In this document: positions 1 to 12,424 of the stretch, piece by piece | How the letters are laid out: each line of letters begins with the position of its first letter | How positions within the stretch are numbered: position 1 is the stretch's first letter | DNA from: Vicugna vicugna | Taxonomy: Eukaryota | NCBI GenBank assembly: GCA_013265495.1 | Contig: MU057809.1 | Span: forward strand, 806,001 to 870,000 | Length of the DNA: 64,000 nucleotides | Reading direction: 5' to 3' | Notes under the pieces: model-generated | Seen by the model: the letters and a program-made list of their open reading frames with translations, nothing else | What the model was told of the DNA's origin: nothing | Databases searched by the model: none | Translations under genes and position numbers: made by a program

Positions 1-54
1 CCCCTTTGCTGAATGTCCTTCCCCAGTAGAAGCTGGGAGAGAGACCCTCTTGCA

Positions 55-326
55 GCAATGTGGTTGCATGTGTCACACACAGTGTTGAGCAGAGGGAATC
101 AGACACAGAAGGACACGTCCTGTCTGATTTCCTTTCTCTCAAGTTCACTCAGAAACGGGCAAACCTTCTCCAGCCGTGAGAGGTCACCTTCAGGGGCTGT
201 TGTGACAGGAAGGGGGCACGTGATGGTGTCTGATGCTCCGGTAATGTTTCAAGTTGGAAAACTAGAAAATTCACTTAGGATCTGTGCGTCTTTATTCGTA
301 TTTGTTACGCTTTGATAACAATTTAC
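55..326 (+). mobile_element. Ancient L1 (L1ME-like) 3' end remnant
   Basis: Collinear diagnostic blocks: agacacagaaggacacgtcctgtctgattt; gacaggaagggggcacg; ggtaatgtttc; cacttaggatctgtgcgtctttattcgtatttgttacgctttgataac. Confidence 0.65.
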
Positions 327-644
327 CTCATAAAACTCTTGGGGAAATCGGGATGGATTAGAACTTCCTTACCCGGAAGAAAGGCGCCGCCTCTAGTCCA
401 CCGGCAGGCTGTAACAGCGAGGCTGAAGCATTCTCTTTAAAAACCAGCGGAAAGACCGTCACAAGAACGCAGAAGCCCCCTCCCGCCCCTCCCGTGTGCG
501 CAGCTCAGTAATTAAGATAGTTTGGCATTGATTTTGGGATGGGCTTAGTGACCAAGGGGGAAGAGCAGGGGCCCAGAAACAGGCCTGCTGGCTCATGGAG
601 CCTGATTTATGACCACGCAGACGGTGGAAGACCACTCGGGAGAC

Positions 645-1400
645 AGGAGACCATTTAACAAATGCTACCAAGACAATTAGTTATTCATGCGGAAAAAATG
701 AAATTGGATTTCTGTCTCAAATAAAAATCACTTGTGGAAGACAATGTGGGTGATCGTCTTTATGACCTCAGTGTGGTGGGAAGGCTCCCTTCACCAAGAC
801 GCAAAACAGGCTGGGTGTAAAATACGAGGTTGAGAAATTTAACTCCGTTAACATTGAGAACTCTCTTGATCAAAGAATCACACAAAGGGACTAAAAAAAG
901 CAAACCATGAAGTGGGAGGAGATGTTTCCACACACAAACCAGCAAAGGGATCGTACCGGGGGCGTAAATCAGTAAGACCCGCAGCCACAGAGACGGTGGC
1001 AGACGGGGACGAGGTTCTCACAAGCAAACACGTGGAAAGATGCTCCTCTGGAAACTCGCGGAGACGCGCACAGAGACCCCAGATTCGCCGTCTTGTAGCC
1101 GCAGGACTGGCCAGACCTGTGGTCGCTGGTGGTGCAGGTTTGTGCTGGTGGAAACGCAAACTGCTCCGGGCACTTTGGACAATAATTAGGCTGCATCTTG
1201 CAAAGCTGAGCGTTCGCAGACGCCCCGACCAGCAGCTCCATCTCCTGTGAAATCCTCAAGAAACGCTTGCTCCGGAACCCAAGGAGACGCGCTGCTGTGT
1301 CCGCAGATCGGTTCTTTCAGCTGCAAAGCGCTGGAGGTGGCCCTGATGTCCATCTGCTGGGTCAACGGACATGCGTTTCGGGGGTATGTTTACGCAACGG
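645..1400 (+). mobile_element. Ancient L1 (L1ME-like) ORF2 C-terminal/3' remnant
   Basis: tttaacaaatgctac...gaagacaatgtgggtgatcgtctttatgacctc...aaaaagcaaaccatgaagtgggaggagatgtttcc...gctggtggaaacgcaaactgctccgggcactttggacaataatt...cgaccagcagctccatctcctg resemble the L1 ORF2 3' region. Confidence 0.7.
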
Positions 1401-4400
1401 GATTTTACGGATATGCCTTGGAGCATCGCGTTGAGGGCGGAAGAGTTGGCCGATTACCTGGTAAGCGTAAAGGCAGCACCGCTTAGCCGCACGAGGTGTA
1501 GTGCTGTGTATGTGACAGCACTGGACAGAGTGAGAGGCCCGATGGACGCAGACCTCAGGGCGCGGGCAGTGGGCCCGGCTGCTTCCCAGCATCGACGTGA
1601 CAACCGGGGTGGGGGGGCCCCACGGCTCAGGCCGATGACTCAGTCCCTGGCATGTGGCACCTGTTACACGGCCGAATTAATTAAAAACAGAAGCAGAACC
1701 TTCCACACGCCCAGGCACCACGGAGCATCACCCCCGGTGTGTGCACTTTCCTGAGTGATGATAACGCTTCACTGGGCGTCGTGGACGGGCTTACGGGACC
1801 ATTCAGACCTGGTTCAGCCGAAGCCAACGTGGGTGCTCACCTTCGGAGCCTGTGACTCTCTGGGCCCTCGGTTTTGGCCCACATTTTGGTCCACTGGGAC
1901 AGGCCTTTGGGGAAGACACTAACTGGGTGTGCCTCCTGAGAGCCCGTCCTTCCATCAAACCCCATGCTGCCCGCTGTCCCCGGCCCCGGGTATTCAGGGT
2001 AGAAACCAGCCTCGATCTGGTCTCCTTTGTAGGGTCCACTGTCTGGCTCAGACGCGCAAGAGTCTTGGGTTTGGGATCTTCCCAGGCGCAGGCCCTTTGG
2101 AAGCGCACAGTCTCCTTTAGTTGGGAAGGTGTCCACCCCAATGACGTCCGGGATGCCCCCCTCTCCCCAGGGGATACTGCCTGGGGCCCCGTCCTCTCCT
2201 AGGGTCGCACCTGCCACCACGGTACCTCCTCACCCGCTGTGTCAGGACAGCATCTCCACAGCGTCTCCACAGCTCCCTCCTGCCCCCGATGCGCTGGGCT
2301 CTCTGTCCTGCTCCGGCCTCTTCATGGCCCGAAATCCCTGCCTCTGCCTCCAGGTCTGCATCCCATCTTGTTTTCCTTGAAGAAAGACAGAGCCTTTGAG
2401 CGGCAGGCTCCCGGAGACTTGGAGGTTTTCCTGGACCTAAGTCGTGAAACTAGGAAGGGCCCCCAGGAGCCCCTCGCTGGGCGGAGGACGAGTGGGTGGT
2501 GGTGGGCGGGGGCAGGCCCCGGCGTCGGCGCCCCCCCATCAGCCCCCGGGCTGGGGGCCGGGCTTCTCCCACAGGAGACGCCCTGTGCGGGGTGAGCCCG
2601 TCGCCCCTCTGCCTGTCTGGGCCTCTTCCGTCTTCTCTGTGCGACGTCTGGCGATCAGTGCTCTAACCTTAGGAATCTATTATGCAGATTTCCCTAAATA
2701 TTTAAACACTTGTGCAATTAATCAATCTCAACTAAAAAAATTAACCAATAAAATTTCCCAGATATTTAGATACTGATTATAAACTTTAATCAAATGCTTC
2801 TAAATGTTTTGTTAAAACCACAAGCTAAACATACCAGATTTGCTTAAATTGCCCCAAACGCCTTGCCAGCCAGGGAAAACCTACTGCTGGGGGCCGAAGG
2901 TTTGTGGGCTGCCCGCATGTGTGTGACTGCCTTTGGGGTCGGGCCTTTACGAGGTGGTTAAGGTGAAATGTGGGCACAGGGCTGTGGCCTTGCGAGACCG
3001 GGGAGAGACACCAGGGTCCCTGTGCCATGTGAGGACACGGGAGCCGGGCCGCCCTCACCAGAAACTGAGCCCGCCGAGCCCTCGACCCGGGACCCCCGGC
3101 CTCCGGAACCCTGAGAAAGGAGCGCCGTCTGAGCCGCCCGGGCTATGGTGTTCTGTTGTCCCCGCCCGAGCTAAGGCAGCACATGAATTATCTGGATTTG
3201 GGGGCATATGGTGGTGGGTGCACGACCGTCCGCCTTTGTCACACGTGCAGACCTGGGATAAACGGTGAACTGGACTGTCTCAGTCGGGCCCCACTGAGAG
3301 AGAGAGAAAAACCTGACAGTTTGTCTGCCTGGCCGCCGGTCCAGACAGTTCCCGGCTCTGCACGTGGCTCTCCGCCGTCTGTGACTCTCACGCGATCCGC
3401 GCCCTCTGAGGCCTTGCCCGCAGGCCTGGGCTCTTCTCAAGCCTCCCCGCCCCTTGGGGCACAGGTCCTCCGGCATCGGAGCATCACCCGGACAGCTCCT
3501 CCCTGTCCAGGGCCCATCGACGTGCACTTGGCCTGGTGGACCTGACCGTGAGCCCCACTGGGGACAGCCACGGTCTGCTCCTCCTCGGGGGGGTGCTGAC
3601 AAGTACCCTGCCCCTGGGAGGGGGACCCGCCTCCCCCGGGGCTGTGACTCACAGCCCTCTGCATGTGCAAGCTGTCTGCTCCCTCCCCTCGGCCGCCCTG
3701 GCCGCTGCCTTGGGGTCCGGCTCCTGCTCGTTTGTGGTATCAGCTGGCCCTGAGCGGTGCCCCGGCCCCCCCCACACACAGAGGACGGCTCACCCCAGGC
3801 GTCAGACGGAGCCCCGGGCGCCCAGTCCCAGAACCAGTTAGTGCAACGAACGTGACTGGTCCGCACTCCCCTTTGTGCGTCCACGTGCAACACGCTGACC
3901 TCGCGGTCTGGGCCTCCAGATGAAGTCATCTCCGTGAATTTTCTGTGCCTGCTGTCCGCGTGCTTGTGCTCAAGCCGCCACAGCCTGGGCGACGGCAACC
4001 CCGCCCTGCTGCCACCACCCGACACCCCGAGATGTCCAGTCCGGGCAGGAGGGGCCCCGGCAGGGGTGCCTCAGCGCCCAGCTGAGTTGTTCCGAGTGTC
4101 CCGGTGTAAACACACCCGCAGTGTCCTCGAACGCAGGGCCTGTCTCTTCCTGCCTGGGTCCTGTCTCATGGACGCCTCGGGGACATGGCTCTGCTGATGT
4201 CTCGGCCTCAGGGTCCCTGGGGCAACAGGGGACGACACCCTTGGGCGTGCAGACTGACCAAGGCCATGGGGCCCCTCGGCCAAGGGCCTCCAAGCATCCT
4301 CGCCCTTGGAGCCCGAGAGCTCCCGGGCGGTGTGCGCGAAGGTACAGTGAGGAAGCGCCCGGCAGCACGTTTGGTTTTTGTTAAAAAATCACCACAACCA

Positions 4401-4699
4401 CATCAAGTGGGAAAACTCTGATTTCCCGACAGAAGAGATCCAATAAAGCGAGCATCCATGCGCTCTCCACGCCGCGGGAGCCATACTCCTGAAATCCTGT
4501 CACGGAAAGTTTGGGATCTTTGGCGAAAACTGAAATACCACAAACCAGCCCACGCAGACGCCGGCTCGGAGCTGCAGGCCTGGGGCCAGGAGGCAGCGGT
4601 GCGCACGCACACGTGCACACCACGCAGCACACGCAGGCGCTCACGGGGCGGGTCCGGAAAACAGGTGTCCATCCCATACAGTGATTATCTCTGTGTGAC

Positions 4700-4792
4700 G
4701 GGCCATAAGTGATTTTCATTTTCTTCCTGAGACTTTCTTACAGTTTCCAAATATTTTACAATGACAGGTCATGAATGTTATAAGAAAAAAGA
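4700..4792 (+). mobile_element. Ancient L1 (L1MC4/L1ME-like) extreme 3' end
   Basis: gtgattttcattttcttcctgagactttcttacagtttccaaatattttacaatga...ataagaaaaaa matches the typical 3' terminus. Confidence 0.55.
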
Positions 4793-6004
4793 AATCCCCA
4801 GATATGTTTGTTTTTAAGTGAAAACCACCACGCTGCCCCCGTCAGAGCTGCCGCAGGAGCAGACGTGCAGGCTGAGGGCCCAGGCCGGCTCGGCTGCGGT
4901 GGGGCCCGCGGGCTCCGCCAGGAAGGGGCACCAGAGCCACGTCTCTGGCCACCTGCCAGGCTGTGCGTTTGGCCCCTCTGACCGTCTGGACAATCGCAGC
5001 CTGGGGCTGGCAGGGAAGGGGTTAAGATGCTCCACCAATGCAAATTAGGTTTAATTAATCCTTTTCATCAGTTGCAAATATACCGTCTGAACCCTATTAA
5101 AAACATGAATATGCAAATGCAGACCTTTTTTAATTCTCATTTTCAAGGACTTGGTGTTGGGGTTTGATTAAGTGAATTCTGTTAACAGTCTGTAAACCTG
5201 GTGCAAAATTTAATTTCCACTTTAAGTTTGAAAAAAAAGACAAAAAAAGACATGAAGTCTGCTGGTAATTGAACTAATTACGGTGTCGCATGGCAGAGGC
5301 CACACAGGAAGCCCCACCAGGTGGAGGGCCTGGGGCAGCGCTGGCAGGGCCCAGGGGTGGGGGGTGGGGCTCACAAAGGCTGCAGCCGCTCTGCTGTGGG
5401 TCCATTTTCTGGATGTGGAGACTGAGACTCATGGAGGTGCGGAGACTTGCCTGGGAGCACCTGGCACGTGGCCTGGAGCCGGGTCCTGGCGTCCAGACCA
5501 ACGCGTGCTGCCTGGGTCCCAGCGGCTAATCTGGGGGACAAGGGTGCCCGGGAGGGAGCAGATGGCTCAGGTCTGGGCCCCGTGTCACCTCTGTCTGTGG
5601 GGATGTAGCTTCCTGCTTCCTGGCTCTGCCAGCATCTCCATGATCTCCCCGGTGACCTGCGAGACAGTCACTTCTCTCATCTGGCAAACAGGAGACAATC
5701 TGGAGGTGCCTTTGACACCCACGGTGGATTGGCAGTGGCCTCTGGTGAGCCGGATGCTGTGGGGTGCCCAGGACCTGTGGGGGACGAGGCTCTACCTCCA
5801 CGGTTACTTACTGGGGGTCCAGAGCCGTCCTGCCCCATGGCGGCCACTGAGCGCTGGAGATGAGGCTGGTCCCGCCGAGATGGGCGGTAAGTGTCAAACT
5901 GGACGCAGCACTTCCGAGGCTCGGTGCCAAGAGGTGGTAAGTACTGTCTCACCAATTCACATACACGTGTTAGAGAGCTCATTACTTTTAAATTAAGATG
6001 TAAC

Positions 6005-6118
6005 TGTAACCTATAATGAAAAAGATGGGAACGAACATATGTACATCTGTGTACATCCTGGCTGCACACCAGGAACCGACACACTGTAAACTGGCTGCCC
6101 TTCAACCAGAAAAAGAGG
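6005..6118 (+). mobile_element. Short 3' tail of a cetartiodactyl-type L1
   Basis: aacctataatgaaaag...atatgtacatctgtgtacatc...gctgcacaccaggaaccgacacactgtaaactggctgcccttcaaccagaaaaa resembles the lineage L1 3' end (...gctgtacaccagaaattgacacattgtaactgactatacttcaat-polyA, recalled). Confidence 0.6.
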
Positions 6119-6194
6119 AAGTAATTGACATACTATATTCATTTCGGATACACAACACGATTCAGTATTTGTTTATATCACAAAACTAATTTTT

Positions 6195-6345
6195 ATGTTG
6201 ATGACGTGTTGGAATAAAATTTGGTGTATGTTGGGTTAAATAAAATATATCCCTTAAAAGTAAGTTCGCCTGCTTTTTAAATGTGGCTACTGAAAAATTT
6301 CAAATGACATGTGGCTTGCACATTATTTCTCTCATTAGGGTGGTT
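6195..6345 (-). mobile_element. MER33 (hAT-Charlie) DNA transposon remnant
   Basis: ttggtgtatgttgggttaaataaaatatat...gcctgctttttaaatgtggctactgaaaaatttcaaatgacatgtggcttgcacattatttct matches the reverse complement of the MER33 left arm as recalled. Confidence 0.75.
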
Positions 6346-7524
6346 CTACAGGTTCTTGGGAAGACAGTAAAACTGATGAAAATATGTGTAATATATGTGT
6401 ATCAGAAGTAAAATCTGCATTAAAAAATGCCAGGCGGTGGTCCCGCGGGGTGCCAGGGAGAGCAGGCAGGCTCCGGCGTCGGCCGGCTTGTGCCCCGAAC
6501 AAGGAAGCACAGTCTGGGCGACTTAGCGGCACTGACACCGGCTTCCGCACAGTCCTGGAGGCTGGGCTCCGAGGCCCAGGTGTGAGCGGGACTGGCTCCC
6601 TGAGGCCTCCCTCCTCGGCGTGCCCGTCCTGTGTGTGTCTGCGCCCCAGTCTCCTCCTCTTACGGGGACAGTCATGGGGACTGGGGCCCAGCCTAAAGGC
6701 CTCAGTGTAACTCAGCTCTCTGAAGGCTCAGTCTCCTAACAGTCACATGCTGAGGTACAGGGGCTAGGACCCCAGCACTTGAGTTTGCGGGCGACAGCGC
6801 AGGCACAAGGGAGGACGCCCCCTGGCAGCCGGCGGGCGAGCTGGGGCGGCCGGCATGCCCAAGGCATGCCAGGGGTCCAGGTCTCAGAAATACTAACCCA
6901 TCGGGGAAAAACCCAGACTTACTGCTCATTCTGGAAAACCTGGGGCTGGGAGTAGGGTGGGGACCAGAACCACGAGAAGAAGGGTTCCAAGCAACACTTG
7001 TTCATTTGGACCCAGAAATTTGTTTGCTTGCGTCTGTCTTTACGGCGGCGGCCGACATGGCTCAGACGATGGCCGTCCTGAGGTGCTGCCAGTCTCACTT
7101 CAGGACGAGGACCCGGGGTTTCTGCAGGTTATTGTTTCCAATAAAACTTCTTAAGCGTTTTGGAAACAACAACAAAAACCCAGTGGAATGTATTGGTAGA
7201 AGCTTTTATGGAAAATTTCCAAGACAATTGTTAAATGAGGAAAAAAACCCAAACTGCAGAGCAGAACCCACAGTTGTTTGAAATGAAGACGCACGCCGCG
7301 CTTCGTCTGCCCACCCGCCAGGTGGGCGAGGCTGGGCTGGGCCGGGCCTTCCTTTCACTCCGTGTTTCTCCTGCTGAGGGTTTTCTTCCTACACTGAACG
7401 TGCATGGAAAGTGTGTAGCTGAAGATGCAGAAGGGAATGAAAAGAAACGTAAATCACACGGAGACAGGTGGAGGGGTGGGCTGGAGGACGTCTGCACCAC
7501 GGTCCCCGCTCCCCGTCGTGGGCC

Positions 7525-7572
7525 CCTAGTGCTGTGTGACTCTGGGCAAGGCCCTGCCCCTCTCTGGGCCGG
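7525..7572 (+). mobile_element. MIR core fragment
   Basis: gctgtgtgactctgggcaaggccctgcccctctctgggcc vs MIR gctgtgtgaccttgggcaagtcacttaacctctctgagcc. Confidence 0.5.
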
Positions 7573-10139
7573 AAGCAGGAATCTAAGTTGGGTAAAGCCA
7601 GCTGTCCTCACTGCACGCATGTGCACACGTGACTCAGCCACGCAGGCACACAGCGCGTGTTAACATCCAACGCGTGTACACATGGGCACACACGTGCACA
7701 GTCCCACATGTAGGCACATGCACGCCCCACCTGTCTGGCCCGACTCCAGGCCCCGGACCTCTGAGTCACCCCTCCCAGGCTGCCCAGGAGTGGCCTGGCC
7801 CTTGAGTGGCCCTAGCGTCCTGGAGACATTAAATCACGAGGGAAGTCACTCAGCTTGCCCCAGAAGCTGGGGTGGTGGAGGCTGCTGACCTCGGCCCAAG
7901 GGCTGGGTTTGAGTCCGGGCCTGACAGACGTGCCTGTGGCCTGAGGCAGGTCCCGCCCTTCCAGGACCTTGGCCCCCTCCTCTGACAAGACTCCGCTTGC
8001 AGGATCATTGTGGGATGGGACCAACTCCCAGACAGGGAGGAGTTTTGTAACTTGTAAATCGGGAAGGGGGACTGGCCGACTTGAACAGGGCACAGGAACC
8101 GCGTGGCGTCACGTCGAATGCAGATTCTGATTCAGTGGGTCCCGGCGCCCATACCTCGGAGTCTGAGGAGCTGGAGAAGGCCCAGGGCTTTACTCGTTTC
8201 CAGGACAGGAAGCAGGAGTGTGCGGGCAGGAAGGAGACAATGGACATCGCAGGCGCTGGGGCTGGCGGCCCCGAGGGGGGGCGGCGCGGTCCTCCCCGGG
8301 CGCCTCGGGAAGCTGGAAGGAGCCTGCCACACACCCAGCGCCGCCACATCCTGGCACTCATGGCTTACCGCCGCGGCACTAATCCCTTAAAATTAGTCAT
8401 TAGCGGCTTAACAACCACTTAGCACGGGTCCCACTAACGAGCCGGCGGCGGTGGGGTCCCCGGGCCAGAACCTTCCGGAGTTCACTCAACGCCACGGCAG
8501 GCAGCAGGGAGGCGGGGGGAGTCAGCACAGGTGACTGCGTCGACCCGGGAGGACGTTAGGGGGCCTGCGCCCCGTCCCTGGGGCGGGCCAGACGCCCCTC
8601 CTGCCCTTCCTGCCTCTGGTCACGGGAGGAAACCCTGTCGTTGGAGCACTGTCAGCCTGGGGGGCCCCAGGCGGGAGGCCCAGGCCCAGGGTGGGCTTTC
8701 CACCTGGGAGAGGCCTCGGAGCCCCTGTCCCCATGTCGGGAGGTGGGGAGACAGAGGCAGGGATGACACCAGGCCCGGCGCTCACATGAGGTTGGACTTG
8801 GTGGGGGTGTCGGCTGCCTGGGGCCCCCTGTCCCCTATGGAGTGGGCCGGGTGGCCGGCGAGGCCCGGGCTCCAAAGGAACAGGTCTCGCCGGGGACAGG
8901 TCTCTGGAGGTGACACAAAGCCCAGGGACAGGTGCTGGGCAGCCTGTGGCCGTGGGACCCTGTGGCAGGACGGGCAGTGGGGTGGGGGGTGACGGGGGCC
9001 CTGGCAGGACTCTCCGGGCCCGACTCCTCGGCCCCACCCAAATCCTTCCCGTACCTGCCTTTTTCCCGGGGCGGGTGGAGTTTAGTTCTGGCCGGGCAAC
9101 CGAGACCAGCACGTTCCAGCGGCCCGCCTGGCCTCTGCACCCCCGTGGTGGCCAGAGGTGACCGCTCCCTCTGCTGCCCACTGGGCAAAGATCAAGAGCT
9201 TCAGTCCTGGCCCACGTTCCAGGTCACTCCTGGCCTTCTGGCCCATGTGACCCTCTCCTGGCCGCCGGGCCCAGTGGGACCCTACCACCTGAGCTGTCGC
9301 AGCAAGAGCTGCCCCGGGGGTGACTGTCCACTCCGCCCGTCTGGGAACTGCCACCTGGTAAGCACTGCCTGCACGCAGGGATGTCGGTGACACAAGGGCC
9401 TCTCGGTGCGTTTTTATGGACCAATGATTTTGTGTCAAGTTGTGACTTGAGCATTTTATTACCGTTGGCGGCGTCTGGTCTCAGCCGATTTCATGCAGGA
9501 GGGAGGCCGGGTCCAGGCCTGGGGGAGGGAGGGCCGGGGCCACAGGGACACGGCCTCTCCCACACCTGGACCTGGCCTCCAGCTCCTTGTGGGGCTCAGG
9601 ACGGGGAGAGAGAAGGGCCTGGTCCCCTGACCCCCACACTCCCAGCCTGGGGCCCAGGGGCACCGAGGGGGCCTTCCCCCCACAGAGTGGTAAGTACTGC
9701 CTTCGCAAACCTGGGGCTCCAGTGAGGAGGGGGCTGCTGGATGAGGCTACAGGAAACCCTGACGTGGAAGGTCTCAGAGCAGGAGGGGGGCCTCTGCTCT
9801 GGGCTGAGGCGGTCCCGGCCCCAGAAGCTGGGCTGCTCCAGTGCTGAGTGAAGGCTGAATGACCCCACTCTGATGTCCGCCCGGACCCCCCCTACTGGGG
9901 GTCGTCACTAAACACAGGACCCCGGGACCTCCCTCCACCTGGCTCAGCCAGCCTCCGACAGCCCAGTGAGTCCCTGCTGTCCCACCTCGGTGATGACAAA
10001 ACATGGTGCCTCAGCCGTCCCCTACAAGCTGGTGCGGGGGCTCCAGGCCTGCGGTGTGAGGATCCGGGCTCGTCTGAGGGTGTGAGGAAGGCAGATGCCC
10101 CCAAGCTGGACCAGCGTCCCAGTTCTGATCAGCCTGTGG

Positions 10140-10200
10140 CCCTGGGATGCCACTTCACATGCCGAGTCTCAGTTTTCCCATCTGAGAAGTGGGATTGCAT
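10140..10200 (+). mobile_element. MIR core fragment
   Basis: gccacttcacatgccgagtctcagttttcccatctgagaagtgggat vs MIR gtcacttaacctctctgagcctcagtttcctcatctgtaaaatggggat. Confidence 0.55.
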
Positions 10201-11309
10201 ACCCCCCAGGGCTGCACTGCTGGCCAAATGAGGGGGGGCTCTAGGTTCCAGCAGGAGAGCCTCATGGCCGTGACCCTCACGCCCACGTTCACAGTCTGGG
10301 CTCGAGCAGAAGGTGGTGGGGGTGGGTGCAAGGGCAGGGGTGAGGGTGCAGCCCCGCCGCCCCAGGGCGCACACTGGAGATGGCACACAGGGCGCACTCT
10401 GGCCACATGTCTCTGGGCTCTAGAGACAGTGGGCACAGGTGGGCCAACCCTAACCTCTCCCACAACGGCCTTGAGACCGTCTGTGGGGCAGAGCCGGCTC
10501 CCACCCACCCCTGCTGGCTCCAGCAGCAGGCTCAGCGAGCTCACGGCGCCGACCACGCACACCGGGAGGCGGGCGGCGGGGCGTTTCCCCATGACTGGTG
10601 ACAGCCGGAGACCCGAGGGCTTGCTCGGCCTCAACGCAGGGGACGCATCTCCTGGGCCCACTGGTTGAGGGGACAGACCACCCCACGCCCTGCCCTTGGG
10701 CCCGAGCTGAGCAGAGGCCAGAGTCCCTCTGGGGCTCGCAGGCCGTGCCCTTGGTGTGGGCCCTCCCCATGAAGACAGCCCCCAGCCCCGGGCCCCCAAC
10801 CCGGACCCCTGGCCCACAGGAACCTTGTACTGTGAACCCCACTTCAGCCCTGGAGGCCTTGGGGAGGGAGTGAGGGCCCTGTAGCTGGGAGGACAGAGAT
10901 CCTGGCGTCGCCAAGTGAAGGAGAGGTGGTGAGAGCAGAGCTGCTGGACCTGGGGCTTCAGGAGACACCCCCACCCCTGTGGGAACCAGCCAGCCCCCGC
11001 TGCCAGCACCCACGTGAAGGGTTGGGCCCCAGAATGCAAGGCGAGGGCCCTGGGCCCGTATGGCAAGTGGGGACCCGAGGCCGGGGCTCAGCCACTCTGT
11101 CCCCTGTGAGCACTGCTGTTGCAGGGATCCCTTTTAGTTCCCTGGAGAGGTTGGCTGCCCAGGCTGCCCACCCCACCGTCCCCTGGACCTCTCCTGGCCT
11201 TGGGCCTGCATGGGGCCGTCCCTGTGCCCAGGGGCTGCCGTGGGGCCGCACTGAGGCCAACAGAGGGAGCCGACGGCTCAGACGCTCAGACGCACACAGT
11301 GAGCCGGGA

Positions 11310-11800
11310 GGGGGTGGCTGGGGGACCTTTATTTCATGAAGGTCCAGATACTTCCACCAGTGGCCCCAGGTTCACCTGTTGGGCCAGGCACGGCCAGGCT
11401 TGAGCAGAGTGGGGGGGGACACCTGGGGGAGGAGAGAGGAACGGATCCACAGAGCACTGCTCCCAAGACCTCCCATCGGCCACCTCCAGGAGCCTCACGC
11501 CTGCTTTCCAGGACGGAGGGTGAGGAGGAGGTGGCCCGTCCCTGCAGAGCGGCGTGCGCCCAGAGGGAGTGGAGGGGGCACCTCTGAGTGGCTTAACCCT
11601 GCTGGCCAGAGGTGCGCCCACAGAGTCCTGTGCACGGGTCCTGGGCGAGGTCGCTGGTCAGGCTCAGGGGTCCATCACTCCAGGATGCTGCCCCATCTGG
11701 GCGGAAGTCGGCCGGGTGGGGGGCGGGGGGACTCCTGTGGCTGATGGCTCCCACCTTCAGAGGCCAAGGGGCTGGCCTGTGTGGGGCTGGCGGCTGCAGG
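11310..11800 (-). other. MAD1L1: MAD1L1 3' UTR (~490 nt; 3' end approximate)
   Basis: Lies between the stop codon and the first minus-strand AATAAA. Confidence 0.75.
11328..11333 (-). terminator. MAD1L1 polyadenylation signal AATAAA
   Basis: Plus-strand tttatt at 11328-11333 is the first minus-strand AATAAA after the stop. A GU-rich downstream element (minus-strand ACTGTGTGCGTCTGAGCGTC, 11300-11281) follows at the expected distance. Confidence 0.8.
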
Positions 11801-11959
11801 CTATGCCACAGTCTGGCGGCTGAAGAGGTCGAGGGTGAGGGCGCTGAGGAAGGCGGGGATGCTGTCCTGGCGCAGCAGGTGCAGCTCGACGAGCTCCTGC
11901 ACTGTCCGCGAGAACTCCGTCTCCAGCAGCTGCATCTTGGTGCCCGAGGGTCCCGCAGC
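11801..11959 (-). CDS. MAD1L1: MAD1L1 last coding exon (exon 19 in human numbering): C-terminal 52 aa plus stop
   Basis: Translates to [52 protein letters not shown], matching the human C-terminus [52 protein letters not shown]. The RQTVA end (human Thr716, Mps1 site) is kept. Acceptor gtctcccctgccctgcAG (AG at 11961-11960), branch point GCTAAC (A at 11991). Phase 0 joins the upstream exon in frame; 159 nt including TAG at 11803-11801. Confidence 0.98.
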   Translation of the reverse strand, partial: AAGPSGTKMQLLETEFSRTVQELVELHLLRQDSIPAFLSALTLDLFSRQTVA

Positions 11960-12424
11960 CTGCAGGGCAGGGGAGACACGGGAGAGGCTGTTAGCAGGTG
12001 GGGCCAGAGAGGTCACAGGACAGTGAGGAGCTGGCGACCCTGCAGTCCCGGGCAGGCAGGCCTGGCAGGGCGCTGGGCCAGATGGCCTCTGAAGGGGCCG
12101 GTGGGGAGGCCTCCGCCTGCCACCCAGGCCTCAGACGCGGCCAGGCTGTCCGCTAGGCCCAGGCCCCTCCCCGCAGGCGATGCTGGTTCTCGGGCCTCTT
12201 GGGTGGGGGTCTCACCCAAGCTCCTGGAATCTGGAAGCCAGGACGTGGGGTGGGGGCCATTGCACCAGCCCCGCTGGTCGGGCTGTCCAGCCCTCAGAGC
12301 CCAGCACTGTGCCGAGCCCTGCCCTGCTCGAGGGCTCTGCGACGGCCGAGGGTCACATGCCGCCCATGTCACGTGGATGGTCGAGGGGCTGTTGCGCATC
12401 GAGGGTGGGGTCTCTGTCCTGAGG

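Noticed and set aside
8115-8145. Possible MER5A fragment (gcagattctgattcagtgggtc)
   Set aside because: Match too short to list as a feature.
9455-9460. Minus-strand AATAAA ~1.9 kb beyond the main poly(A) signal
   Set aside because: No GU/U-rich downstream element; the proximal site has better context.
1-11300. Possible ELFN1 or other coding exon in the downstream region
   Set aside because: No leucine-rich-repeat, fibronectin or transmembrane-like translation in any ORF.
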